A stretch of DNA of 64,000 nucleotides from Gammaproteobacteria bacterium. GTDB taxonomy: Bacteria > Pseudomonadota > Gammaproteobacteria > Steroidobacterales > JABDKV01. Both the position numbers and the translations under genes were made by a program. Every line of letters starts with the position of its first letter. The first letter of the stretch is position 1. The notes beneath the pieces are model-generated. The model saw only the letters and a program-made list of their open reading frames with translations, made no database searches and was not told the DNA's origin. The stretch spans positions 20,387-84,386 of the forward strand of contig JABDJB010000029.1 of the NCBI GenBank assembly GCA_013003425.1. Direction: 5' to 3'. Below are positions 1-9,054 of this stretch, piece after piece.

Positions 1-675
1 CGCTACGATTCTTTCGCAGACATTCCGCCCAGTGACAAGAAAGACACGCTGCTACTGGCGCAATTCCTTACCCAGATCGGCATCGGTGAAATTTCGCTCG
101 AGCAAGCCGATGCCCTGAACGAACATCATAAGGATAGCCCGCGTCTGCGAGCCGATTCCGATACACTGCCGGGATTGCCTGGCGAGCTCGTGCGTGTAAC
201 CGGCAAAGGCCAGCTGCAAAAGACGACAGCAGGCCGGGCGCAGTGGACGAGACGCCTGGGATTGATTGGTCGCGCGTCGCTTTCGGCCGCGGGCGCCGTT
301 GTCGGCTCATGGATAATACTGACACTGCTGGGTGGGCAGGCGCCGCTCAACAGCGGTTGGGCGCCGCAGCTGGCTTTGGCTGGCATTTTGCCGGGGAATC
401 TTTCCAGAGCACCTCAACTGTCAGCCGACGCCGGCATGTATTTAATTTCAACCAGCGGTTCGCCACTCAATGTACGCGGCGAACCGAACACCGGCGCGCC
501 GATACTCACGAAGTTGCCAAACAGGTCGTCAGTATTTGTCTGTGGCGGGGCGGAAGGCTGGAAACAGGTGCTGACCAGCCGTCAGCGAGGGTGGGTTGCC
601 GCACGCTTTCTCAGGCCGGATATGACGCCGCTCACCCAGCAGCAGGTCACGATGCTCGCGAATCGATGTCCCTGA
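1..675 (+). CDS. Protein with C-terminal bacterial SH3 (SH3b) domain; 5' end outside window
   Basis: Frame 1 is open from nt 1 to the TGA at 673-675. The C-terminal segment 'SPLNVRGEPNTGAPILTKLPNRSSVFVCGGAEGWKQVLTSRQRGWVAARFL' fits the SH3b pattern. A hydrophobic stretch lies upstream of it. Confidence 0.7.
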   Translation, partial: RYDSFADIPPSDKKDTLLLAQFLTQIGIGEISLEQADALNEHHKDSPRLRADSDTLPGLPGELVRVTGKGQLQKTTAGRAQWTRRLGLIGRASLSAAGAVVGSWIILTLLGGQAPLNSGWAPQLALAGILPGNLSRAPQLSADAGMYLISTSGSPLNVRGEPNTGAPILTKLPNRSSVFVCGGAEGWKQVLTSRQRGWVAARFLRPDMTPLTQQQVTMLANRCP

Positions 676-740
676 CGGCTTATCCCTGCCGGATATGGTC
701 ACCATGAACTGCCACGGCATGCTGACTTCTCAGCCGGTGG

Positions 741-779
741 GTAGTAGGTCGGTGAAGCCGGGCCGACCGGCAGGCCAAG
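741..779. repeat. Relic duplicate of the abgT 3' terminus
   Basis: These 39 nt match 979..1017 (the last codons of abgT) at 38 of 39 positions. On the minus strand they still read LGLPVGPASPTYY, then diverge after a 1-nt indel. Confidence 0.8.
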
Positions 780-804
780 CGCGAAGTTCAAGGCGTTGCC
801 TTTT

Positions 805-944
805 GGGATTCGCGGCTGCAGCCGCTCCTACGGGCTGCCCGGGATTCCAACTTTTTGCGCTTGGGCTACTGTAGGAGCGGCTTTAGCCGCGAATCCCAAG
901 AGCAAGAACGCGATGAGTCATCGTGGGAGCCGCTTAGCCGCGAC
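805..944. repeat. Cluster of three REP-like palindromic units
   Basis: Units lie at 805..831 (gggattcgcggctgcagccgctcctac), 871..897 (gtaggagcggctttagccgcgaatccc, the inverted partner of unit 1 except for the loop) and 923..944 (gtgggagccgcttagccgcgac). Each unit can fold as agcggc-loop-gccgct. Confidence 0.85.
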
Positions 945-966
945 TCCCCTCCTGATAAGAGATTTT

Positions 967-2589
967 TCAGCCGGTAGAGTAGTAGGTCGGTGAAGCCGGG
1001 CCGACTGGCAGGCCAAGGACGAAGGTCCAGATAAAGAAGAACAGCGACCATAAAATGATGAAGGCCACCGAGTATGGCAGCATCATCGCAATCAGCGTGC
1101 CGACGCCGGCCTTTGGCACATACCTGGCGACGAAAGCCATGATGAGACCAAAGTAGCTCATCATCGGCGTGATGATGTTGGTGCTGGAATCGCCAATGCG
1201 ATAAGCGGCCTGGATCACCTCGGGCGAATAACCCAGCAGCATCAGCATCGGTACGAAGATCGGCGCCGTTACGGCCCACTGCGCCGAGGCCGAGCCCAGC
1301 ATCAGGTTGATGAAGGCGCACACGAGTATGAACAGGAAAAATATACCCGGACCGGTCAGTCCGATGGTTTGCAGAAAGTTTGCGCCGGCAACCGCGGTTA
1401 TCGAACCCAGGTTGGTCCAACCGAAAAACTTGACGAACTGCGCAGCGAAAAACACCAGCGCGATATAAAGGCCCAGCGTGCTCATGGCATGCGCCATAGC
1501 ATTGATGACATCGCGATCGTTGCGGATGGTCCCCACCACGCGGCCATAAACGATGCCGATCAGCAGGAAATACACAAAGATGATGGCGACGATGCCGCGC
1601 AGGAACGGCGAACCTGCGACCGCGCCGGTTTCCTGGTTACGCAGGATGCCGCCCTCGGGCACCACCATTGCCGCGATCACGCCGGCAAAGATCAGCGTTG
1701 CCCACAACGAGTGCCACAGGCCTTTTTTCTCCTGCGCGGAGAGCGGGTCCATGCGGTGGGCATCCTCGTCGTCGGCATCCTCGGGCTTGTCCGTGTACGG
1801 GCCCAGCGAAGGCTCGACCACCTTCAGGCTGATAAAGCTGCCGATCGCCGTAATTAAAAAGGTGCTGGCGATCATGAAAAACCAGTTGGCGCTGACGTCG
1901 ACTTCATAAACCGGGTCGATCAGGCGCGCCGCTTCGGTGGTAATACCGGACAGCAGCGGGTCGACGGTGCCGATCAGCAGGTTGGCGCTGTAGCCGCCCG
2001 ACACACCGGCAAAGGCGGCCGCCAGGCCGGCCAGCGGGTGCCGGCCGAGCGAGTAAAAAACCACGGCGGCCAGCGGCACCAGCACGACGTAACCCATTTC
2101 TGATGCGGTGTTGGACAACACACCGGCAAACACGATGATGATCGTCACCAGGCTCGGCGGTGCGTTCAATACCATGCCGCGGATCACCGCGGTGAGCCAG
2201 CCGGAACGTTCTGCCACGCCAACACCGAGCAACGCGACCAGTACAGTACCGAGCGGCGCGAACTCGACAAAGTTTCGCACCAGGTTGAGCACGATCATTC
2301 GCAGCCCTTCGGCATTCATCAGGCTGACGACTTCGATCATGCCGTTGGCGGCACGACCCTTGGCGCCTTCCGGGCGCGGGTCAATGACGGCAAGGTCAAA
2401 GAAGCCGAGTATTCCCGACAGCACGACCACGCCGGCCGCGAACAGGGCGAACAGCGATACCGGGTGCGGCAGTGCATTGCCCAGCCATTCCACGACGTGC
2501 AGGAACCGGGATAACCAGTTGTCTTCAGGGCGGTTCCGGGGTCGGGTTGTCATACGCGTGTGTCTTTGTCGGCGGAAAAGACGAAGCAA
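967..2589 (-). CDS. abgT: AbgT-family transporter (p-aminobenzoyl-glutamate transporter family)
   Basis: 540-aa polytopic membrane ORF. The N-terminal 'LSRFLHVVEWLGNALPHPVSLFALF' and the overall length and hydrophobic pattern are typical of AbgT/MtrF. An alternative start is Met13 at 2553. Confidence 0.85.
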   Translation of the reverse strand: MLRLFRRQRHTRMTTRPRNRPEDNWLSRFLHVVEWLGNALPHPVSLFALFAAGVVVLSGILGFFDLAVIDPRPEGAKGRAANGMIEVVSLMNAEGLRMIVLNLVRNFVEFAPLGTVLVALLGVGVAERSGWLTAVIRGMVLNAPPSLVTIIIVFAGVLSNTASEMGYVVLVPLAAVVFYSLGRHPLAGLAAAFAGVSGGYSANLLIGTVDPLLSGITTEAARLIDPVYEVDVSANWFFMIASTFLITAIGSFISLKVVEPSLGPYTDKPEDADDEDAHRMDPLSAQEKKGLWHSLWATLIFAGVIAAMVVPEGGILRNQETGAVAGSPFLRGIVAIIFVYFLLIGIVYGRVVGTIRNDRDVINAMAHAMSTLGLYIALVFFAAQFVKFFGWTNLGSITAVAGANFLQTIGLTGPGIFFLFILVCAFINLMLGSASAQWAVTAPIFVPMLMLLGYSPEVIQAAYRIGDSSTNIITPMMSYFGLIMAFVARYVPKAGVGTLIAMMLPYSVAFIILWSLFFFIWTFVLGLPVGPASPTYYSTG

Positions 2590-2878
2590 ACGCTAAACGG
2601 CATGGGCCGTCAATGCGACAGACGCAGGCGGCGGGCGAGGCGAACCACCGGCCCGCACCGGGGGCGGGCTGAACGGCCTGCTGACGGCCCCCGCCTTCCG
2701 CCGATGCTGAATCTGTTTTTCATTGTCATTCAACAGGTTGCCAGCGCTGGCGGATGGGTCGGATTACGATTGAGGACAATTTTTCGCTGGCCGCCGGCCT
2801 GCCATGGGCGTAAACTCGTCTTACATATTAAACCGGCCCCTGACTTAAGAAGCCGGTAATAATGAAAAGGAGAGGTCA

Positions 2879-3556
2879 ATGAAATTTCTGCTTAAGGCTC
2901 TGCTGGCGACCGGCCTGCTGTCGATGACGGCTGCCGTTAACGCAATGGTTCTGGATTTTGAAAGCATCGCTGCCGGCACCATCATCGATGATGAATTTCT
3001 CGCGTTCGGTATTACTGTCAGCGCCACTGGTGTTGGCGGTGCGCCTAACGCCGCGGTCATTTTCGATTCCAACAACCCGACCGGTGGTGACACCGACCTG
3101 GCCGCACCGTTCGCGCCGGGGCCGGGTAACACGCTGGGCGAACTGTCGCCGGGCAACCTGCTCATCCTGCAGGAAAACGATACCTGCGATGCCAACACCT
3201 GCGGCGACCCCGACGACCAGGGCGCACGGCCGGCCGGAACCATCCGCTTTGATTTCGCTAATGCAGTGCTGATCAACAGCCTGGATTTCTTCGATATCGA
3301 AGGCGCCGAGACCGGTGATGTCGTTCTTTACGGCACCAGCGGCGTACTCGCGGTTTTCGCTATTCCCTCCACCGGTGGCGACAGGCAGTGGCAGCGCCTG
3401 TTCATGAATGTCGGCGGCGTAACGGCCATGGACATCAACATGGGCGGCTCCGGTGCCATCGATAACCTGTCAGTGGTCATCCCGGTACCGGGCGCATTGC
3501 TGCTGATGCTGGGCGCGCTGGCACCGCTGGGCCTGTTCAGAAAACGGGCTGCATAG
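2879..3556 (+). CDS. Secreted protein with PEP-CTERM-type sorting signal
   Basis: SD 'aaaggagag' precedes the ATG. N-terminal signal peptide (MKFLLKALLATGLLSMTAAVNA). The C-terminus 'VIPVPGALLLMLGALAPLGLFRKRAA' is a P-x-P motif, a TM helix and a basic tail. Confidence 0.8.
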   Translation: MKFLLKALLATGLLSMTAAVNAMVLDFESIAAGTIIDDEFLAFGITVSATGVGGAPNAAVIFDSNNPTGGDTDLAAPFAPGPGNTLGELSPGNLLILQENDTCDANTCGDPDDQGARPAGTIRFDFANAVLINSLDFFDIEGAETGDVVLYGTSGVLAVFAIPSTGGDRQWQRLFMNVGGVTAMDINMGGSGAIDNLSVVIPVPGALLLMLGALAPLGLFRKRAA

Positions 3557-3581
3557 CCCTCATAAGGCATTGAAGATGAAC

Positions 3582-3609
3582 AGCCCCGCTTTACGCGGGG
3601 CTTTTTTTT
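3582..3609 (+). terminator. Rho-independent terminator
   Basis: Hairpin agccccgc-tttac-gcggggct followed by a T8 run. Confidence 0.85.
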
Positions 3610-3692
3610 GGCCGGGACAACACGCCTGACTTTGCAAAAGCCGGCGGGCCCACTAGGCTTGGGGAATAACGAGATACAACGGGGAGGGGGCT

Positions 3693-5369
3693 ATGACTTC
3701 CAGAACAACCGCCGTGCTGATCGGTTTAGGCACGCTGCTCGCCGCCGGCAGCGCCGGCGCTTTTCCGCAAACGCTGAATGCCTGGCAGGATCGCTATGCG
3801 GCAACGTCCGACTCGGGCAATAACGCCGGCTGCCAGCTGTGTCATGTGAATGGCAACGGTGGCAGCCCGTGGAATGGTTATGGCTGGAATATTCTCGAAG
3901 CACTCGCCGAGACCGGCTGCGATCTGAACGGTAACGGCATCGTTAGCAATGCCGAGGCCTTTTTTTGCGTCGAGCTGGAAAACTCCGACGGCACCGGCGT
4001 CGACAACATCATGGAAATCGGCGTGAGCACCCAGCCCGGCTGGACCGAAGGCCCGTTCAACACCTGGTATACGCGGAGCGGCACTGTCGATGGCAACCTG
4101 CCGCCAGATGTCATCGGCCCGCTCGATCCCGATGGCACTGAACCGCCGCCACCGCCACCACCCGAACCGCCAGACGACGATGCTGACCTGCCGCCGGGGC
4201 AGCTGAAACGCAAAACCATCGTGGTGAATCGAGGCCAATCGATCCAGCAGGCCATCGACCGCGCCCGGCCGGGCACACGTATCTATATCAAGGCCGGCAC
4301 CTACCGTGAGCTGCAAAACCCGACCAACGGGCTGGAAATCTCCAAGAGCGGCATCACGCTGGTGGGTCAACGCACACCAAACAAGAAAGTCATACTCGAA
4401 AATGCCGGCAACCAGCGTAACGGGATTGTTGTCGTACCCGAAGACCGAACCGCCTGCATGAGCTGTCATTCTGACCTTGCACCGCCCTTCCCCCTGCGCG
4501 TGCGTATGCAGGAAGGCATGCAGATGCGTGACCCGATGATGCATGGCATTGAAATACGCAATATCACCATCCAGGGTTTTCGCAACAATGGGCTGTTCAC
4601 CGAAAACGTTGATGGCTTTCGTATCATCGGTGTTGAATCGATCAACAACCGCAACTACGGAATATTCCCGACGCTGTCGAAGAACGGCCTGATCAGCCAC
4701 AGCAAGGCAGTCGGGTCTGACCTGGACAGTGGTATCTGGGTGGAAACCTCTGAAAACGTTGTGGTGCGAAACAGCGAAGTCAGCGGCAACGTCAACGGCC
4801 TCGAAGTTTCCAACAGTGACGACATCACGCTGGCCTACAACGAGTCGCACGACAATACGGTCGGTGCGGCTATTCTGCTGCTGCCGGATATCTTTGATGA
4901 TCGCCCCGGCGCCAATCGCATCGAACTGCGTGGCAACCATATTCACAGTAACAACAAGCCCAACACTGCCCGGCCCGGTTCAATCCTTTCCTTTGTACCG
5001 TCGGGAACCGGCGTTCTCTACCTGGGTGTCGACAACTCGACCATTACCAACAACCTGATCGAGAACAACGACTTTGTCGGCGTCGCCATCGCCGACTACT
5101 GTCTGACGGTAACGGCCACGCCGTTCGATTGTTTTGCCGGCATGGATTCGTCGATTACCCCGGAATTTCTTGCCGACCAGTCGGCAACCAATAACATGGT
5201 TATTGACAACGTTGTGCTCAACAACGGTACAAACGTCGATCCGGGTAATCCATTCGGTTTTGCGGCCGCCGACCTGTCACTGCTCTCGGTGGACCCTAGC
5301 AACTGTTACTCGGGCAATGTTTTCCAGACTGCGTTCTCGATTCTCGGAGTGTTACCGCCCTGCCCCTGA
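3693..5369 (+). CDS. Secreted right-handed parallel beta-helix (NosD/pectate-lyase-fold-like) protein with two CXXCH motifs
   Basis: Signal peptide. 'CQLCH' and 'CMSCH' motifs. Proline-rich linker 'EPPPPPPPEPPDDD'. 'GQSIQQAIDRARPGTRIYIKAGTYRE' followed by repeated 'N..I.GN....G' beta-helix turns. Confidence 0.75.
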   Translation: MTSRTTAVLIGLGTLLAAGSAGAFPQTLNAWQDRYAATSDSGNNAGCQLCHVNGNGGSPWNGYGWNILEALAETGCDLNGNGIVSNAEAFFCVELENSDGTGVDNIMEIGVSTQPGWTEGPFNTWYTRSGTVDGNLPPDVIGPLDPDGTEPPPPPPPEPPDDDADLPPGQLKRKTIVVNRGQSIQQAIDRARPGTRIYIKAGTYRELQNPTNGLEISKSGITLVGQRTPNKKVILENAGNQRNGIVVVPEDRTACMSCHSDLAPPFPLRVRMQEGMQMRDPMMHGIEIRNITIQGFRNNGLFTENVDGFRIIGVESINNRNYGIFPTLSKNGLISHSKAVGSDLDSGIWVETSENVVVRNSEVSGNVNGLEVSNSDDITLAYNESHDNTVGAAILLLPDIFDDRPGANRIELRGNHIHSNNKPNTARPGSILSFVPSGTGVLYLGVDNSTITNNLIENNDFVGVAIADYCLTVTATPFDCFAGMDSSITPEFLADQSATNNMVIDNVVLNNGTNVDPGNPFGFAAADLSLLSVDPSNCYSGNVFQTAFSILGVLPPCP

Positions 5370-5465
5370 ACCCGGGCCTGTAATCAAAAACGGCGGCAGG
5401 TCGAGAGTCTTGTGACAGTTGTTACAGCAAAATATCGATCTGGCCCCAATTTCGATTACCCAAAG

Positions 5466-5491
5466 AAAAGGGGCAGTTAACTGCCCCTTTT
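5466..5491. terminator. Bidirectional rho-independent terminator between convergent genes
   Basis: aaaaggggcag-ttaa-ctgcccctttt: a perfect stem flanked by an A-run and a T-run. Confidence 0.85.
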
Positions 5492-5524
5492 CTTCGACCT
5501 GCGGTCAAAACCGCTGTATCGGGA

Positions 5525-6259
5525 TCACTGCGTAGTGCTGGCCACTGCGACTTTTGCCGGGACGAAGCCAAGCGCGTCTGGAAGACGAGTCGTTGTAGCC
5601 GTATTTACCCATTCGTGCGTTGCGGCTTTTAACTTCGAAAGGTCGTTTGCTTCAACTTCTCGCGGCGATTTTTCGACCGCAATTTTTCCGCCAAGGCCAA
5701 ATGGCTCGGAGTAGAGCTGCTGCCCACTGCGCACGTCAAATACGATCAGCATTGAGGGGAGCATGAACTGCGGGCTGAACCCGGACACTTTCTGGACTCG
5801 ATAATGGGCGGCGCGCAACAGAATCAGGTGGTCGACACCCGCCTGTACAAACGCATCCCTGACTTCGGCATCCAGAGACATCGCTGTATTCATGCCGCTG
5901 GCATCCCGGGTGTTAAGGATGGACTGCTTGAATTTTGCGGCGAGTGATTGATCCGACAGGAACCTGCCTACAGGTTGCGCCGTCACGCCTACAGCGGACA
6001 GGCTCTGTGCGAAAGTGGTAGTTACTTCCTGATCGACATCCCAGGACCCTTCGAAAACGGACTCCTGCGAACGATTCTCATTCCAGAGTACTTTGTAAAC
6101 CAGTTCGTCATAGACAATTTTCTTGCCTTCAACAAAGAACGCGGCTGCCACATTGCCATTTTGCACGTCGCTGGCCACTTCCGGCGTCAGCTTTGCCGTT
6201 GAGGCACAGCCGCTGCAGATGACAGCGAGTGCTAATCCAAGTGTAAGTTTGTTAATCAT
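5525..6259 (-). CDS. Lipoprotein of unknown function
   Basis: Start chosen at 'MINKLTLGLALAVICSGC' (lipobox) with SD 'agagga' upstream. The longest ORF extends to 6295. Confidence 0.7.
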   Translation of the reverse strand: MINKLTLGLALAVICSGCASTAKLTPEVASDVQNGNVAAAFFVEGKKIVYDELVYKVLWNENRSQESVFEGSWDVDQEVTTTFAQSLSAVGVTAQPVGRFLSDQSLAAKFKQSILNTRDASGMNTAMSLDAEVRDAFVQAGVDHLILLRAAHYRVQKVSGFSPQFMLPSMLIVFDVRSGQQLYSEPFGLGGKIAVEKSPREVEANDLSKLKAATHEWVNTATTTRLPDALGFVPAKVAVASTTQ

Positions 6260-6269
6260 GATAAATCCT

Positions 6270-6647
6270 CTAGTCCTGGTCGCTTTCGAAAACACTGGTC
6301 AGTATTCCGTCGGCATCGAATGTATAAATCACGGCAACTGAATCCATCATTGTCGGGCCAGATGTCTTCGTAGCGGTGTAGGTGGTAACCGTATTTGAGC
6401 CGGTCGGCAGCGCGTAAACCAGGCCGGTCAGTTCAGGTTTCTGGCGATAGCCCCAGTATTCAAGCGAATCGTCAGTTTCACGATTGGCAGGAAATCCGAG
6501 CACGTTGGCAACTTCACTTTTATGAGTTGCCCCAACCCTGAATGTGGTTTGTTCCAGGTCCACCACGTTGCCAATAGTTGAAGCGCAGCCAACCAGGGCA
6601 ATAGTGAGTGTACTTATGGCAATTCGAATCGCCGAGCGTGTTGACAT
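6270..6647 (-). CDS. Small lipoprotein, BamE/SmpA-OmlA-like
   Basis: Lipobox 'IALVGCAS'. 'FRVGATHKSEVANVLGFPANRE...YWGY' resembles the SmpA/OmlA fold signature. It sits 10 nt upstream of the next lipoprotein gene. Confidence 0.6.
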   Translation of the reverse strand: MSTRSAIRIAISTLTIALVGCASTIGNVVDLEQTTFRVGATHKSEVANVLGFPANRETDDSLEYWGYRQKPELTGLVYALPTGSNTVTTYTATKTSGPTMMDSVAVIYTFDADGILTSVFESDQD

Positions 6648-6948
6648 GACAACCTGCCTCGTGAGGGTAAAAACGGTCTAACTCTATAATGACCGCTCAG
6701 CTGAAAATGTGACTCGAGTCCTGTTTCCGGGCCGCCGGCCCATTGGGAACAAGAGCAGAATGGCGAAGAGGGGGGTCAAACAAACATTCTGTAAAACACG
6801 TGTTGCATCGACTCTCGGTTCGACGCAGTTGCAACCGGTCTTTTTAGATTCTGTTTAGCTGCATGATCTTCGGCTTAAGACTGAGTCCGGCCTTGTAGAT
6901 TTCATACGCGATATACTCGGCCGGAACCCGCACCGGTGAGGTTACGTC

Positions 6949-7581
6949 ATGACGACGGAATGGCACATCAAGGGCCCGCAGTTTACCAACTGTAATTGCG
7001 ATTACGGCTGCCCCTGTCAATTCAACGCAATGCCAACCTCCGGTCGCTGTTATGCGATTGCTGCAGGCCGCATAGAGGACGGTCACTATGGAGATGTCAG
7101 CCTGGAAGGCCTGAAATGGGCATCAATCCTCAGCTGGCCCGGACCTATTCATGAAGGCCAGGGTTCGGTGCAAATCATTATTGACAAGAATGCGGATGAA
7201 CAACAGCGCGAGGCGTTGCTGGCGATCCTGTCCGGTGCGGATACCGAGCCCGGTGCAACCCACTTCAATGTTTTTGCCTCCACAATGACAACGTTGCACG
7301 ATCCGCTGTTTATGCCAATCGACATCAAAGTCGATGTGGACGGGCGCACCGCCACCGTTCGGGTAGAAGGCGTTATCGAGGCGCAAGGCGAACCGATCCG
7401 TAATCCGGTGACTGGCGCGGCACATCGTGCGCAGATCAGCATGCCCGAAGGCTTCGAGTACGTTACCGCGGAAATTGGCAGTGGCAAGACGACAACAACA
7501 GGTGCAATCCCATTGACGATGGACAGCACTCATGCCCACTGGGCGGTGCTGAACATGAACCAGAGCGGTGTGATTCGCTGA
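6949..7581 (+). CDS. DUF1326-family protein
   Basis: N-terminal 'W.IKGPQFTNCNCDYGCPCQF' is the characteristic Cys cluster of DUF1326. Length ~210 aa. Confidence 0.8.
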   Translation: MTTEWHIKGPQFTNCNCDYGCPCQFNAMPTSGRCYAIAAGRIEDGHYGDVSLEGLKWASILSWPGPIHEGQGSVQIIIDKNADEQQREALLAILSGADTEPGATHFNVFASTMTTLHDPLFMPIDIKVDVDGRTATVRVEGVIEAQGEPIRNPVTGAAHRAQISMPEGFEYVTAEIGSGKTTTTGAIPLTMDSTHAHWAVLNMNQSGVIR

Positions 7582-7588
7582 TAATTCA

Positions 7589-8395
7589 TTGGTGTCGCCC
7601 GACGCACTCGAGTCGCTGTTAAAGCGTGACAGGCTGATCGTTGCAGCAGGCCTGCTGGGTATCGTCCTGCTTGCCTGGATTTACACGCTGGCCGGCGTCG
7701 GCATGGGCATGAATGCCTGGGAAATGACGGCCATGACCCCGCTTCCCGGCCAGCAATCATCGATGATGATGCAGTCTGCCGTCTGGTCGTTCGGGTACGC
7801 GGCACTGATGGTTGCCATGTGGTGGGTGATGATGGTCGCCATGATGCTGCCCAGCGCGGCCCCGATGATTCTGCTGTTTGCACATGTGCATCGCCAAAAA
7901 CCGGACCAGACCTCTCCCGCCGTGCCGGTAGGCATTTTCGTGCTGGGTTACCTGGTTGTCTGGGCTTTATTCAGCGTGCTGGCAACGGGCCTGCAGTGGC
8001 TGCTGCAGCAAAGTGAATTGATTTCGCCGATGCTCAACAGCACCAGCCAGTTGCTTGGCGGCGGTTTGCTGATCGCGGCCGGCCTTTATCAGCTGACACC
8101 GCTAAAACAAGCCTGCCTCAAACACTGCCGTACGCCCTTCTCCTTTGTAATGCAGCACTGGCGTCAGGGTAATGCCGGCGCGTTTGTGATGGGGCTGGAA
8201 CACGGCGCGTTTTGCCTGGGCTGCTGCTGGATCCTGATGGCGCTGCTGTTTGTCGGCGGCGTGATGAACCTTTACTGGATCGCCGGCCTTGCGTTGTTTG
8301 TCCTGCTGGAGAAAACGATACCGCGTGGTCACCGGGTGGGCATGGCAACCGGCATCCTGCTGGTCATCTGGGGCGTAGTGCTTATCCGGATGTAG
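7589..8395 (+). CDS. DUF2182-family integral membrane protein (predicted metal-binding)
   Basis: Polytopic, Met-rich membrane ORF immediately downstream of DUF1326, a commonly seen pairing. The start is ambiguous (TTG 7589 or GTG 7592). Confidence 0.7.
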   Translation: MVSPDALESLLKRDRLIVAAGLLGIVLLAWIYTLAGVGMGMNAWEMTAMTPLPGQQSSMMMQSAVWSFGYAALMVAMWWVMMVAMMLPSAAPMILLFAHVHRQKPDQTSPAVPVGIFVLGYLVVWALFSVLATGLQWLLQQSELISPMLNSTSQLLGGGLLIAAGLYQLTPLKQACLKHCRTPFSFVMQHWRQGNAGAFVMGLEHGAFCLGCCWILMALLFVGGVMNLYWIAGLALFVLLEKTIPRGHRVGMATGILLVIWGVVLIRM

Positions 8396-8515
8396 CCAGT
8401 TTCGACTGCCCGCATCCTGCCCACTCGCCATGCACGTGCGTGAGACAACCACGTTGCCAGGGCGACTTTCCCCGGGGTGCCGGTATGAGCCGGCCTGTCG
8501 GTGCCCGGCCCGCGC

Positions 8516-8881
8516 CTATTTCTTCATGCGCACCAGCGGTTTGAAACCACCAAAGAACATGCGTTGCAGGTCGAACGGCAGTTTTTTTGCATCCTTGAAC
8601 TCCTGCAGACGCGGGTCTTCCATTACCAGTTGATTGATACGGTCGCGGGACTTGCGCGACCGGTACACAATCCAGGAGAACGCGGCCACTTCGGTGCGCT
8701 TGAGCTTGAGCGCCTGCGGGAAGGACGTGACTTTGCCCTTCTGCACGTCTTCCGCGATGCATTCGACATACTCGAGCGCGCCGTGCTCGAGCCAGATCTT
8801 GCCGGCCTTGCGCGCCATACGCCGGTATTCATCGACCCGCGCTTTCTTTACCGGTACCACGTAACCATCGACATAGGCCAT
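8516..8881 (-). CDS. DUF1428-family protein
   Basis: 'MAYVDGYVVPVKKARVDEYRRMARKAGKIWLEHGALEYVEC' is typical of DUF1428. SD 'gggggag' lies upstream of the ATG at 8881. Confidence 0.75.
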   Translation of the reverse strand: MAYVDGYVVPVKKARVDEYRRMARKAGKIWLEHGALEYVECIAEDVQKGKVTSFPQALKLKRTEVAAFSWIVYRSRKSRDRINQLVMEDPRLQEFKDAKKLPFDLQRMFFGGFKPLVRMKK

Positions 8882-8966
8882 CTCTATCTCCCCCAAACAA
8901 GACGCACGATCAACCTGACTTTAGCAGAGGCGGAAAGATTTGCTGCGAGAAACGCCCCGGCAGAAT

Positions 8967-9004
8967 GGGGACAGTACATGTACAGGCATACATGTACTGC
9001 CCCC
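8967..9004. repeat. Palindromic element (GGGACAGTACATGTA family), copy 1
   Basis: ggggacagtacatgta-caggca-tacatgtactgcccc. It lies in a divergent promoter region, and a second long copy is at 32333..32368. Confidence 0.8.
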
Positions 9005-9054
9005 AATATGCAGTAGACTGGCACTCTGTTTCACAGGCTTTCCACGGTGCCGTC

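Noticed and set aside
2590-2878. Possible sigma-54 element 'CTGGCCGCCGGCCTGCC' upstream of the PEP-CTERM gene at 2879
   Set aside because: The spacing is right, but only about 7 of 12 consensus positions match and the -12 box is CTGCC rather than TTGCA. This is too weak to call in GC-rich DNA.
3726-4946. 406-aa minus-strand ORF
   Set aside because: It is fully antisense to the beta-helix gene, which has clear domain motifs. Its Arg/Ala/Gly-rich composition is typical of spurious ORFs in GC-rich DNA.
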